Below are positions 1-10,586 of a stretch of 64,000 nucleotides of DNA, one piece after another (the stretch's first letter is position 1; each line of letters begins with the position of its first letter). The notes beneath the pieces were generated by a model. The model saw only the letters and a program-made list of their open reading frames with translations. It was not told the DNA's origin and did not search any database. This DNA comes from an uncultured Clostridia bacterium. Lineage in GTDB: Bacteria; Bacillota; Clostridia; Oscillospirales; CAG-272. A program made the position numbers and the translations under genes. The DNA lies in contig CALWJV010000008.1 of the NCBI GenBank assembly GCA_944381115.1, positions 69,613 through 133,612 of the forward strand, read 5' to 3'.

Positions 1-1754
1 GTTGCACATCGTCAGGCTCAAACAAATTAATGGACGAGTTCCGTGCACAACTTGAATCAAAGGGATTGACGGAATCAGTGCAAATAGTCCGCACGGGATG
101 TTTCGGTCTTTGCGAACTGGGACCAATCGTTATAGTTTATCCAGAAGGTGTTTTCTATGCTCAGTGCAAGGTGGAGAATGTAGAAAAAATAGTAGATGAG
201 CATATAATCGGCGGAAAGATAATAGATGAGCTTGTATATCATGAAAAAACTACCGGAGAAGTAAAAGAAAAACTATTTGATATGCAGTTTTATAAAAAAC
301 AACATCGTGTTGCGCTCAGAAATTGTGGTGTTGTAGATCCGGAAGTTATAGAAGATTACATAGCGTTTAATGGCTATCAGGCACTTGCAAAGTGTCTTTT
401 TGAGTATACGCCGGAGCAGATAATTGAAATAATGCTTGAATCCGGACTCAGAGGAAGAGGAGGAGCAGGATTTCCGACAGGACTTAAATGGAAATTTGCA
501 GCAGGTAACAGAGGAAATGTAAAAAAATATGTTTGCTGTAACGGTGACGAAGGCGATCCAGGAGCATTTATGGACCGTTCTGTTCTTGAAGGTGATCCGC
601 ATTCAGTTATTGAAGCAATGGCAATTGCCGCTTATGTTATAGGAGCAGATCAAGGGTACATATACGTTCGTGCAGAATATCCTATAGCAGTAAAGCGTCT
701 TGCCATTGCAATCAACCAGGCAAGAGAAAAAGGACTTCTCGGAAAAAATATTTTTGGAACGGATTTCTGTTTTGATGTTGAGATCAGACTTGGAGCAGGA
801 GCGTTTGTTTGCGGCGAGGAAACGGCACTCATGGTCTCTATTGAAGGACACCGCGGCGAGCCGCGTCCGCGACCCCCGTTCCCGGCAGTAAAAGGTGTAT
901 TCGGAAAGCCCACGATACTTAACAATGTTGAAACATACGCAAATATTCCTCAGATCATTCTAAACGGTGCAGAATGGTTTAAAGGAATGGGAACGGAAAA
1001 ATCCAAAGGAACAAAGGTATTTGCACTCGGAGGAAAGATAGTAAATACAGGACTTGTTGAAGTTCCGATGGGAACGACAATAAGAGAAATAATATTTGAT
1101 ATAGGCGGCGGAATTCCGAATGGAAAGAAGTTCAAGGCGGCGCAAACGGGAGGACCTTCGGGAGGATGTATACCCGCATCGCTTCTTGATACTCACGTTG
1201 ACTATGATTCACTTATAGCAATAGGATCAATGATGGGATCCGGCGGACTAATAGTTATGGACGAAGATAACTGTATGGTTGACATTGCTAAATTTTTTCT
1301 TGAATTTACGGTTGACGAATCATGTGGCAAATGTACGCCATGCCGTGAAGGTACAAAAAGAATGCTTGAGATACTTACAAAAATTACAGATGGCAGAGGA
1401 GAAGACGGTGATATAGAAAAACTTGAAGAACTTGCAAATACGATAAAAACAACATCTCTTTGCGGACTTGGACAGACTGCGCCTAACCCTGTTCTTTCTA
1501 CTCTCCGTTACTTCCGTGATGAATACGAAGCACATGTTTACGAAAAACGTTGTCCTGCAGGATGTTGCAAAAAACTTGCTAAGGTAATAATAGATCCTGA
1601 CAAATGTAAAGGATGCTCTTTATGTTCCAAAAAATGTCCTGTTGGTGCAATTAGCGGGGAAATCAAAAAACCTTTCGTGATCGATCAATCAAAGTGCATA
1701 AAATGCGGAGTATGTATTGATAGTTGCAAATTTGGTGCGATCAGTAAGAAATAA
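1..1754 (+). CDS. hydB: NADH/FMN-binding subunit of multimeric (bifurcating-type) [FeFe]-hydrogenase, NuoF-like (HydB); 5' partial
   Basis: The frame stays open to the window edge. CTSSGSNKL precedes the listed Met and fits the GTGC-x-SSGS thioredoxin-like [2Fe-2S] N-domain. NuoF core motifs are GRGGAGFPTG and CGKCTPCREG. The C-terminus carries two CxxCxxCxxxCP ferredoxin motifs. hydA follows 15 nt downstream. Confidence 0.85.
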   Translation, partial: CTSSGSNKLMDEFRAQLESKGLTESVQIVRTGCFGLCELGPIVIVYPEGVFYAQCKVENVEKIVDEHIIGGKIIDELVYHEKTTGEVKEKLFDMQFYKKQHRVALRNCGVVDPEVIEDYIAFNGYQALAKCLFEYTPEQIIEIMLESGLRGRGGAGFPTGLKWKFAAGNRGNVKKYVCCNGDEGDPGAFMDRSVLEGDPHSVIEAMAIAAYVIGADQGYIYVRAEYPIAVKRLAIAINQAREKGLLGKNIFGTDFCFDVEIRLGAGAFVCGEETALMVSIEGHRGEPRPRPPFPAVKGVFGKPTILNNVETYANIPQIILNGAEWFKGMGTEKSKGTKVFALGGKIVNTGLVEVPMGTTIREIIFDIGGGIPNGKKFKAAQTGGPSGGCIPASLLDTHVDYDSLIAIGSMMGSGGLIVMDEDNCMVDIAKFFLEFTVDESCGKCTPCREGTKRMLEILTKITDGRGEDGDIEKLEELANTIKTTSLCGLGQTAPNPVLSTLRYFRDEYEAHVYEKRCPAGCCKKLAKVIIDPDKCKGCSLCSKKCPVGAISGEIKKPFVIDQSKCIKCGVCIDSCKFGAISKK

Positions 1755-1769
1755 CGGAGGAACAAAGTA

Positions 1770-3521
1770 ATGGAAAAAATGATAAACTTGACTATTGACG
1801 GCATCAGCGTTTCGGTTCCCGAAGGCTTTACCGTACTTGAAGCGGCAAGAGCCGCAAATATAAATATACCCACACTCTGCTACCTTAAAGATGTGCAGCA
1901 GATTGGTGCATGCCGTATCTGTCTGGTTGAGATTGAGAAGGCAAGAGGACTTTCAGCAGCATGTGTAATGCCTGTATCGGAGGGAATGGTAGTACATACA
2001 AACACGGAAAAACTCCGTAAGCAGCGCAGGATAAATCTTGAACTTCTTCTTGCATCTCATAACAGAGAATGTACCTCATGTGTACGATCCGGAAACTGTG
2101 AACTTCAGGCTCTATGCCGTGAATACGGAGTTAAAGAATATCCATATGACGGAGCACGCAAAGAAACAATAACTGATGAACTCTCGCCCTCAATTGTAAG
2201 AGATAATTCAAAATGCATAAATTGCCGTCGATGTGTAGCCGCATGTTACAATGTACAGGAGATCGGTGCTATTGGAGTATCAAAGAGAGGATTTAAGACT
2301 CAGATCGGTCCGATTTTCGGACGTTCGCTGATTGCCACATCTTGTGTAAACTGCGGACAGTGTATAATAGCATGTCCGGTGGGCGCGCTTCATGAAAAAG
2401 AGAACATTGATGATGTATGGGCTGCGATAAGCGATCCGAACAAATATGTTGTTGTTCAGCCGGCTCCGGCGGTCAGGGCATCTATAGGTGAGGAATTCGG
2501 ACTTCCGATGGGGGTTGCGCAGACCGGTAAACTTGCAGCGGCTCTCCGCCGTCTCGGTTTTGACAAAGTGTTTGATACCAACTTCGGTGCAGACCTTACA
2601 ATAATGGAAGAGGGCACAGAACTTGTAGAGCGTCTTAAAGATAAAAATGCGGTTCTTCCGATGATAACATCCTGCTCTCCCGGATGGGTCTCATATTGTG
2701 AAAAATTTTATCCGGAGTTTATTCCGAATCTTTCTTCATGTAAATCTCCTCATGAGATGGCGGGAGCGATGGCAAAGACGTATTATGCGGAAAAAATGGG
2801 AATAGACCCTAAATCAATGGTTGTTGTATCAGTTATGCCGTGTACTGCAAAGAAGTACGAAGCAAAACGTCCCGAACTTTCAAATAATGGTATGCAGGAC
2901 GTTGATTATGTAATTACTGTACGTGAACTTGCAAGGATGATCAGACAGGCTGGAATAGATTTCACAAGACTTCCCAACGAAAGTTTTGATTCATTAATGG
3001 GAGAATCTGCAGGAGCAGCTGATATTTTCGGAGTTACCGGAGGCGTTATGGAAGCAGCACTTCGTACTGTTTACGAGATAATGACGGGGAAAACTCTTGA
3101 AAACGTAAACTTTGAAGATGTCAGAGGAACAAAGGGCGTAAAGGAAGCAACTATAGATCTTAACGGAACAAAGATAAATGTAGCAGTTGCACACGGTACA
3201 GCAAATGCAAAGAAAGTACTTGAATCAGTAAAGAGCGGAGAAAAAACATATCACTTTATTGAAGTTATGTGCTGTCCCGGCGGATGTGTAACAGGAGGAG
3301 GTCAGCCAATCGTACCATCAAAGGAGCTTCAGTACATAGACATTAAAAAGATCAGAGCAAAAGCTCTTTACAGTGAAGATGCAAGTAAGACAGTTCGCAA
3401 ATCTCACGAAAATCCAGAAATAAAGGCAATTTACAACGAGTATCTCGGAAAGCCCGGCGGACATAAAGCACACGAACTTCTTCATACAACATATTCCGCA
3501 AAAGAAAAGTATTTTATTTGA
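1770..3521 (+). CDS. hydA: [FeFe]-hydrogenase catalytic subunit (HydA, group A3-like)
   Basis: 583 aa. The N-terminus has a 2Fe-2S ferredoxin-like domain and 4Fe-4S motifs (CINCRRCVAAC, CVNCGQCIIACP). H-cluster signatures are TSCSPGW, MPCTAKKYE and EVMCCPGGCVTGGGQP. A GGAGG SD lies about 9 nt upstream of the ATG. Confidence 0.92.
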   Translation: MEKMINLTIDGISVSVPEGFTVLEAARAANINIPTLCYLKDVQQIGACRICLVEIEKARGLSAACVMPVSEGMVVHTNTEKLRKQRRINLELLLASHNRECTSCVRSGNCELQALCREYGVKEYPYDGARKETITDELSPSIVRDNSKCINCRRCVAACYNVQEIGAIGVSKRGFKTQIGPIFGRSLIATSCVNCGQCIIACPVGALHEKENIDDVWAAISDPNKYVVVQPAPAVRASIGEEFGLPMGVAQTGKLAAALRRLGFDKVFDTNFGADLTIMEEGTELVERLKDKNAVLPMITSCSPGWVSYCEKFYPEFIPNLSSCKSPHEMAGAMAKTYYAEKMGIDPKSMVVVSVMPCTAKKYEAKRPELSNNGMQDVDYVITVRELARMIRQAGIDFTRLPNESFDSLMGESAGAADIFGVTGGVMEAALRTVYEIMTGKTLENVNFEDVRGTKGVKEATIDLNGTKINVAVAHGTANAKKVLESVKSGEKTYHFIEVMCCPGGCVTGGGQPIVPSKELQYIDIKKIRAKALYSEDASKTVRKSHENPEIKAIYNEYLGKPGGHKAHELLHTTYSAKEKYFI

Positions 3522-3622
3522 TGTATGCAATGAAAATTAAAATCTACCGGAAAAACCGCAGGATTGGTTATCTTCCAAGATTAAGAATTAAAATTTAATG
3601 TTTTAAGGAGTGGTATTTTTAC

Positions 3623-4678
3623 ATGATAACAATAGGAGTCATAGGATGCGGAAGGATTGCAAATAATGCTCATTTTCCTGCATTTGAAAGAATCAAAGAT
3701 TTAAGAATAAAATATGCGTGCGATGTAATAAAAGAAAAAGCAGAGGCGATAAAGAAAAAGTATCATATTGTTGAAAATATTACAACTGATTACAAAGATG
3801 TTCTTGACGATAAAGAAGTAGACGCAGTTTTCATTCTTACTCCTAATTATGCTCACTATGAGATCGCAATGGCTGCATTAAAAGCAGGAAAACATGTATT
3901 TTGCGAAAAGCCGATCACAGTAAATTATAAACTTTCCTGTGAAATGGCAAATGAGGCAAAAAAACAGAAAAAAATACTTAATATAGGTGTATGTAACCGT
4001 TACCATGCCTCCGTTGAAAAACTTGAAGAACTTAACCGTAACGGCGAATTTGGTAAAATATATCACGTCTACTGTTCGTTCAGAGCATTCCGCAGTATTC
4101 CGGGACTGGGCGGAGATTTTACAAACAAAAAAGTGTCCGGTGGCGGAGCGCTTATAGACTGGGGAGTACACTTTCTTGACCTTATACTTTATATTCTCGG
4201 CGGGGCAAAAATACTGACCGTAAGCGGAGACACATACTGTGAAATGGCTAAAGATATGAAGTCTTATAAATATAAAAATATGTGGGCGGAGGATACAAAG
4301 AATATTGAAAACGGAGTAAACGACGTTGACGATTTTGTTACAGGTCACATAAGGACGGACAAAGGAACAATATCTTTTAACGGTGCATGGGCACAGAATC
4401 TTGATAAAAGCGAAATGTTTATAGATTTTCTGGGAGATAAGAAGGGTGCAAGACTTACATACTGCGGACAGTTTGATATTACTGACGGTCAGACACTTCA
4501 AACAACCTCTTCAACTCATGAAATCCCCGATATGTATCAAAAAGAAGATGAGGCGTTTTTTGATTCGATAATAACCGGAGAAAAGACAAAAAGTCATATA
4601 GATAATATTCTTCAGAGCGCAAAACTTTTACAGGCGATATACGATTCAGCTGAGGCAAAAAAAGAGATATCTTTTTAA
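3623..4678 (+). CDS. Gfo/Idh/MocA family NAD(P)-dependent oxidoreductase
   Basis: 351 aa. It has the N-terminal Rossmann motif IGVIGCGRIANN and the family-typical EKP motif (FCEKPI). An AGGAG SD lies upstream. Confidence 0.8.
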   Translation: MITIGVIGCGRIANNAHFPAFERIKDLRIKYACDVIKEKAEAIKKKYHIVENITTDYKDVLDDKEVDAVFILTPNYAHYEIAMAALKAGKHVFCEKPITVNYKLSCEMANEAKKQKKILNIGVCNRYHASVEKLEELNRNGEFGKIYHVYCSFRAFRSIPGLGGDFTNKKVSGGGALIDWGVHFLDLILYILGGAKILTVSGDTYCEMAKDMKSYKYKNMWAEDTKNIENGVNDVDDFVTGHIRTDKGTISFNGAWAQNLDKSEMFIDFLGDKKGARLTYCGQFDITDGQTLQTTSSTHEIPDMYQKEDEAFFDSIITGEKTKSHIDNILQSAKLLQAIYDSAEAKKEISF

Positions 4679-4852
4679 ATACCAAAGAACTGTAACGGAA
4701 TTTATAAAATGTCTCAAGTGTAATAAAGAAAAAAATTCCTGTTTTTGAATTTTATAAATTTATAACCATAAAATGCTTGGGATTTGAAATAAACTATTGT
4801 TAGAAAATAGTAATAAATCCGATATCAGGAAAAATAAGAATAAATAAAATTT

Positions 4853-4894
4853 CCCCGAAATTTACCAAAACTGAGTTTCGGGGTTAATTTTTTT
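4853..4894 (+). terminator. Rho-independent terminator after the oxidoreductase gene
   Basis: Stem CCCCGAAA (4853-4860) pairs with TTTCGGGG (4876-4883). TTAATTTTTTT follows. Confidence 0.6.
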
Positions 4895-5036
4895 CATTTT
4901 TCAAAATAATATACAAAAATATTCATATCAAATACATTTTTATTTGATATACTTAAAAATAAAAAGTAATGTGGAAAAGTGTGCTTTTTAATACACATAA
5001 CAAAAAAAGATTTTAAGGAACACAGGTGAGAAATAT

Positions 5037-7985
5037 ATGCTGAATATTGGACTTGATATCGGTTCAACAACAATAAAAAGTGCAGTAATAAATGAAGACG
5101 GGGAACTGGTTTTTGATTCTTATGAAAGGCATTTTTCGGAAATTCCTCCGAAGGCAACTGCGCTAATAAAAAATATAAAAAATAAATTTGATTTAACTGA
5201 TGACGACGATGTCAAAATTTGTATTTCCGGGTCAGCTGGAATGGGTTTTGCGGAGGATATAGGATTCCCGTTTGTTCAGGAAGTTTACGCCACCAGAACT
5301 GCGGTGCTAAAAAATGCACCTGAAACCGATACTGTGATAGAACTCGGAGGAGAAGACGCAAAAATACTTTTCCTGACCGGAGAAGAAACCGGAGAAAAGG
5401 AACTAGAGGTCCGAATGAACGGTTCATGTGCAGGAGGTACAGGAGCGTTTATCGATCAGATGGCAACGCTTCTTGGGATAACTCCCGATGAAATGGATAA
5501 TGAAGCAAAAAGTTATGAAAAAATATATGTTATAGCATCGAGATGCGGAGTTTTTGCAAAAAGCGATATACAGCCGCTGCTCAACCAAGGTGCAAGGATA
5601 CCGGATATCTCTGCTTCAATATTTTATGCGGTTGTAAACCAAACGGTAGCGGGGCTTGCTCAGGGAAGACAGATAAAGGGGAATGTTCTTTACCTTGGAG
5701 GGCCCTTGACTTTTCATTCACAACTGCGAAAGGCATTTGATACGACTCTTGGAATAAAAGGTTTTTGTCCCAAAAATTCTCTCAGTTATGTTGCTATAGG
5801 AGCGGCATTAGCTCCGCAGGAAAAAACGTATAAAATAGGTGAAATATTAAAGGCAATTACCGAAAGGAGATCAAGCAGGAGTTATAAGTTTGCCGAACCG
5901 CTATTTGCAGACGAAAAAGAATATAAAGAATTTACAGAAAGACACAGTCTTGATAAAGTGGAAAGAGCAGACCCGAAAACGGCAGACGGCAATGTATATC
6001 TGGGGATTGATGCCGGTTCAACGACGCTGAAATGTGCAGTCACGGATAAGGACGGAAAACTTCTTTATTACATATACAGAAGCAATAGCGGAAATCCGGT
6101 TCCGTACGTACTTGAATTTTTGAAAAATTTTTATAAAGAATATCCGAATTTGAAAATTGCAGCCGCTGCTGCCACCGGTTACGGTGAAGAGATCATAAAA
6201 AATGCATTTTCACTTGATTTCGGACTTGTTGAAACAGTTGCCCACTTTTATGCTGCGAAGCACTTTAAGCCTGATGTTGATTTTATACTTGACATAGGCG
6301 GTCAGGATATAAAATGCTTCAAGATCGCAAACGGTGCAATAGACAATATATTTCTTAACGAAGCCTGTTCCTCTGGATGCGGATCATTTTTACAGACATT
6401 TGCGGGAGCACTAAATTACAGCATTGAGGATTTTGCAAAACTCGGACTTTTTGCAAAAGCCCCTGTTGAACTTGGATCACGTTGTACCGTATTTATGAAT
6501 TCTTCTGTAAAACAGGCACAGAAGGATGGTGCTACAATTGACAATATATCGGCCGGACTTTCCATGTCGGTGGTAAAAAATGCGCTTTATAAGGTCATAA
6601 GAGCAACGACCAAGGACGCAACGGTAGCTCTTGGAAAGCATATAGTCGTTCAGGGTGGAACATTTTTTAATGATGCAGTTTTACGTGCCTTTGAAAAAGA
6701 AATAGGAATGAATGTTGTAAGACCGGATATAGCGGGCCTTATGGGAGCATACGGTGCTGCGCTTTATGCTCAGGAAAGAGCAGGCGAAAAAAGTACTGTA
6801 CTTGGTCTTGAAGAACTTGAAAATTTTAAACATGAAGTAAAGGCAGTAACTTGTAAAGGATGTACCAATAACTGTAAACTCACAATAAATACATTTGAAA
6901 ACGGCGAAGGCGAGAAAAGAAGGTATATAGCGGGAAACCGCTGCGATTTTCCAACAGGTAAGAAAAATGAAGGAAGCAAACTTGACCTTTATGAGTATAA
7001 ACTTAAACTTTTGTCAGAATATAAAGGTGTTAAAGGAAGTAAAGGAAGAATAGGAATACCGCTTGTACTCAATATGTATGAATTATTGCCGTTTTGGCAT
7101 ACGCTCCTTACAGAACTTGGTTTTGAAGTGGTGGTCTCTCCATTTTCAAACCGTAAACTATACCTTGAAGGACAGCAGTCCATTCCGTCGGACACAGTAT
7201 GTTTTCCTGCAAAACTTGTACACGGTCATATAGAGGCACTTTTAAAAGAAGGAGTTGACGCAATATTTTATCCCTGTATGACTTATAACCTTGACGAAGG
7301 TCTTGGAGATAATCATTATAACTGTCCGGTTGTCGCATATTATCCGGAAGTTCTTCAGGCAAACGTCAAAAGTCTTGCAAAAACCAAGTTTATTTACGAT
7401 TATTTCGGAATACATAAACCCAAGGAATTTTGTAAGAAATTTACGGAAAAGATGAATGAGCATTTCGGCGTCGGATTTAGACTTTCCGAGGTAAAAAAAG
7501 CTGTAAGCGACGCATATGCCGAATATTTCGACCACATGAAAAAGGTACGCGAAAAAGGTGCGGAATACGTTGATAAGGCACGCCGCGAGGGAAGACATAT
7601 AATAATACTTGCGGGAAGACCTTACCATGTAGACCCCGAGATAAACCACGGAATAAATAAACTGATTACCTCTCTCGGCGCGGCAGTCATAACTGAGGAC
7701 AGTGTAAGTTATGAGATGGAGAAGTTCAAAGTCGGCGTTCTTAACCAGTGGACATACCATTCAAGACTTTATGCCGCGGCAAAGTATATAGCAAACAAAC
7801 CGGATATGGATCTTGTCCAACTGGTTTCATTCGGATGCGGAGTAGACGCCATAACCACCGACGAGACAAGAGCGATACTCGACAGCGAGGGCAAGATATA
7901 CACCCAGATAAAGATCGACGAAATAACTAACCTTGGAGCAGTAAAAATAAGGCTTCGTAGCCTTTTTTCCGCAATCTCCACATGA
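5037..7985 (+). CDS. Double BcrA/BadF/HgdC-type ATPase (acyl-CoA dehydratase activase-like) with a C-terminal activase-associated region
   Basis: 982 aa. There are two ASKHA ATPase modules, starting GLDIGSTTIK (aa 4-13) and GIDAGSTTLK (aa ~323). Cys contexts are NGSCAGGTGAF and NEACSSGCGSF. A long C-terminal extension resembles the DUF2229 / CoA-enzyme-activase region. Confidence 0.8.
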   Translation: MLNIGLDIGSTTIKSAVINEDGELVFDSYERHFSEIPPKATALIKNIKNKFDLTDDDDVKICISGSAGMGFAEDIGFPFVQEVYATRTAVLKNAPETDTVIELGGEDAKILFLTGEETGEKELEVRMNGSCAGGTGAFIDQMATLLGITPDEMDNEAKSYEKIYVIASRCGVFAKSDIQPLLNQGARIPDISASIFYAVVNQTVAGLAQGRQIKGNVLYLGGPLTFHSQLRKAFDTTLGIKGFCPKNSLSYVAIGAALAPQEKTYKIGEILKAITERRSSRSYKFAEPLFADEKEYKEFTERHSLDKVERADPKTADGNVYLGIDAGSTTLKCAVTDKDGKLLYYIYRSNSGNPVPYVLEFLKNFYKEYPNLKIAAAAATGYGEEIIKNAFSLDFGLVETVAHFYAAKHFKPDVDFILDIGGQDIKCFKIANGAIDNIFLNEACSSGCGSFLQTFAGALNYSIEDFAKLGLFAKAPVELGSRCTVFMNSSVKQAQKDGATIDNISAGLSMSVVKNALYKVIRATTKDATVALGKHIVVQGGTFFNDAVLRAFEKEIGMNVVRPDIAGLMGAYGAALYAQERAGEKSTVLGLEELENFKHEVKAVTCKGCTNNCKLTINTFENGEGEKRRYIAGNRCDFPTGKKNEGSKLDLYEYKLKLLSEYKGVKGSKGRIGIPLVLNMYELLPFWHTLLTELGFEVVVSPFSNRKLYLEGQQSIPSDTVCFPAKLVHGHIEALLKEGVDAIFYPCMTYNLDEGLGDNHYNCPVVAYYPEVLQANVKSLAKTKFIYDYFGIHKPKEFCKKFTEKMNEHFGVGFRLSEVKKAVSDAYAEYFDHMKKVREKGAEYVDKARREGRHIIILAGRPYHVDPEINHGINKLITSLGAAVITEDSVSYEMEKFKVGVLNQWTYHSRLYAAAKYIANKPDMDLVQLVSFGCGVDAITTDETRAILDSEGKIYTQIKIDEITNLGAVKIRLRSLFSAIST

Positions 7986-8080
7986 TCCGTAAATTGGGTA
8001 GATATCTGTTTGTATATCGAAAACGGAACCAAAGTATAAAGTATATGCGGATACTTTAACGTACAGAAAGGCACACATAT

Positions 8081-9418
8081 ATGAAAGAACTGAAATCACA
8101 TATCATAGCGAGCAGACCATTCAAGGACGAAATGAAAAAAACATATACGATACTTGCTCCTGATATGGTACATATACATTTTTGTATATTGAAAAATATA
8201 TTTTTATCGTACGGATACAACCTTGAAATACTGTCAAATAAAGGACCTGCGGTAGCAGAAGAAGGATTGAAATATGTTCATAATGACACTTGCTATCCTG
8301 CATTACTGGTAATAGGGCAGATGATAGATGCATTGAACTCCGGCAAATACGATCTCGAAAGAACGGCAGTACTTATAACGCAGACGGGTGGAGGATGTCG
8401 TGCATCAAACTATATACATCTTCTTAAGAAGGCTCTTAGGAAGGCAGGGTATGAGAATATACCTGTTATATCGTTCAACATATCAGGTCTTGAAAAAGAA
8501 AGCAGTTTAAAACTTTCTCTGCCGATGCTGGTCAAATTTATAACCGCGCTTTGCTACGGGGACCTTTTAATGTTGCTTAAAAATCAAACGGAACCGTACG
8601 AAACGAAAAAAGGGGAATCTGACAAAGTAGTCTCAAAGTGGGTCAAAATACTCTCAGAGCAGCTGAAAAACGGTAAAGGCTGGATGCCTGCAGCGCTTGA
8701 AAAAAACATGAAAGAGATAGTAAAGGACTTTGTTGCAATAGAAAGGTTGATAGCCCCAAAGATAAAGGTAGGTATAGTCGGTGAGATATATGTAAAATAT
8801 TCGTCACTTGCAAATAATGATCTTGAAGATTTTCTGAAATCTCAGAACTGTGAGATAAATGTTCCGGGAATAATGGGATTTATCAGTTTTAAGATCGACA
8901 ACAGAATAGAAGATATAAAACTTTACGGTGGAAGCAAGATCAAGAAGATCGTATGTAAAGCGCTTTTGGCGATACTCAGAAGGACCGAGACTATAATGCA
9001 TAAGGCTCTTGACGAGTATAAAGGGCATTATCAAAAGCCTGCAACATATGCTGAGTTAAAGGGAATGGTAAAAAATGTAATCGGATACGGTGCAAAAATG
9101 GGAGAAGGCTGGCTGCTTACTGCCGAAATGATAGAACTTGTACATTCCGGATATGAAAATATTGTTTGTGCGCAGCCGTTCGGATGTCTTCCGAACCATA
9201 TAGTCGGTAAAGGAATGATAAGAAAGATCCGGACTATTTATCCCAAGGCAAATATAGTACCAATAGATTATGACCCCGGTGCTACCAGAGTAAATCAGGA
9301 AAACCGTATCAAACTAATGCTTGCAGTCGCGGCGGAAAGGCTCCGCTCGGATGATGTAATAAAAGAAACAGAGTTACATACATCTAAGGAGAAAAGTAAA
9401 GAGACGGCAGAAGTCTGA
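8081..9418 (+). CDS. Activase-associated protein, 2-hydroxyacyl-CoA dehydratase D-component-like fold
   Basis: 445 aa. The motifs HNDTCYPALL, TQTGGGCRASNY and CAQPFGCLPNH match my recollection of the family that partners or fuses with the double activase. It lies 95 nt downstream on the same strand. Confidence 0.7.
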   Translation: MKELKSHIIASRPFKDEMKKTYTILAPDMVHIHFCILKNIFLSYGYNLEILSNKGPAVAEEGLKYVHNDTCYPALLVIGQMIDALNSGKYDLERTAVLITQTGGGCRASNYIHLLKKALRKAGYENIPVISFNISGLEKESSLKLSLPMLVKFITALCYGDLLMLLKNQTEPYETKKGESDKVVSKWVKILSEQLKNGKGWMPAALEKNMKEIVKDFVAIERLIAPKIKVGIVGEIYVKYSSLANNDLEDFLKSQNCEINVPGIMGFISFKIDNRIEDIKLYGGSKIKKIVCKALLAILRRTETIMHKALDEYKGHYQKPATYAELKGMVKNVIGYGAKMGEGWLLTAEMIELVHSGYENIVCAQPFGCLPNHIVGKGMIRKIRTIYPKANIVPIDYDPGATRVNQENRIKLMLAVAAERLRSDDVIKETELHTSKEKSKETAEV

Positions 9419-9489
9419 CGGACTTTTTTGTGAAATAAATTAAACAGTGCCCATAAAAACATAGCGAATCAAATACATCGGATCAGATT

Positions 9490-10452
9490 ATGTATAAAAG
9501 TTATAAAGTAAATAAAAACGACGCTGACCAAAGACTTGATAAATTTATCTCCAAGACTTTGAAAGCACTTCCGCAGTCAATGCTGTATAAAGCACTGAGG
9601 ACAAAAAAAATAAAGGTAAATAAAAAGCGTGCCGATCCATCGCAAAGGCTTAAAGAGGGAGACGTTATAGAAATGTACCTGAAAGACGACTTTTTTGCCG
9701 GGGACATACCCGAGGAGTCATTTAAAACGATGGTACCTGCGGTGGACACCGTATATGAGGACGGAAATATAATTATATGCAATAAAAGACCTGGAATGAT
9801 AGTACATTCTGATGATAACGAGAATGTAAACACTCTTATAAATCATATAAAAGCATACCTTTACAAAAAGGGAGAATATGATCCGGAGTCAGAAAATTCG
9901 TTTCAGCCTGCGCTTTGTAACAGGATAGACAGAAATACCGGGGGATTGGTAATAGCCGCCAAAACAGCCGAATCACTAAGATTTATAAATGAAAAGATCA
10001 AAAAAGACGAAATAGTCAAAAAATATGTCTGTGCCGTACATGGTATTCCGGAAAAGAAAAAAGACACACTTTACGGGTATCTGACCAAGGACAGTGAACT
10101 GAATACCGTTACTGTATATAAAACAAGGCCTAAATCAGGTGATGTGAAGACGATAATAACAAAGTACAGTGTTATCGGAGAAAAAGACGGAAATGCGCTT
10201 TTGGATGTCGAACTTGTAACTGGTAGGACACATCAGATAAGAGCGCATATGGCATCTGTAAATCACCCATTGCTAGGGGATGGAAAATATGGTAAAAACC
10301 GTGATGACAAAAAGTCCGGATATAAATATCAGGCGCTTTATTCAAGATACATTCGGTTTGCATTCAAGGAGGATGCAGGGAAATTCGAGTATCTAAGAGA
10401 CAAAGAAGTGACCATACCGCTTGATGCGATTTGGTTTACCAAAAATTTTTGA
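9490..10452 (+). CDS. RluA-family 23S rRNA pseudouridine synthase with N-terminal S4-like domain
   Basis: 320 aa. It has the S4-like N-terminus (RLDKFISK...), the catalytic-loop motif NRIDRNTGGLV and the GRTHQIRAHMA motif. Confidence 0.85.
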   Translation: MYKSYKVNKNDADQRLDKFISKTLKALPQSMLYKALRTKKIKVNKKRADPSQRLKEGDVIEMYLKDDFFAGDIPEESFKTMVPAVDTVYEDGNIIICNKRPGMIVHSDDNENVNTLINHIKAYLYKKGEYDPESENSFQPALCNRIDRNTGGLVIAAKTAESLRFINEKIKKDEIVKKYVCAVHGIPEKKKDTLYGYLTKDSELNTVTVYKTRPKSGDVKTIITKYSVIGEKDGNALLDVELVTGRTHQIRAHMASVNHPLLGDGKYGKNRDDKKSGYKYQALYSRYIRFAFKEDAGKFEYLRDKEVTIPLDAIWFTKNF

Positions 10453-10586
10453 AATAAAAAAATTATATTATAAGGAAAAATTCCTGAATCCCTGAATTTT
10501 TGTATAGCAAGAACAATTTTTTTAAAAATAAAAATCTCAGTGATTTTATGATTCACTGAAAAAATAAATGAAAAGGAAATAAAGTT

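Noticed and set aside
3878-4501. 207-aa ORF antisense to the Gfo/Idh/MocA gene
   Set aside because: It overlaps a motif-supported CDS and has no features of its own.
7242-7760. 172-aa ORF antisense to the double-activase gene
   Set aside because: It overlaps a motif-supported CDS and has no features of its own.
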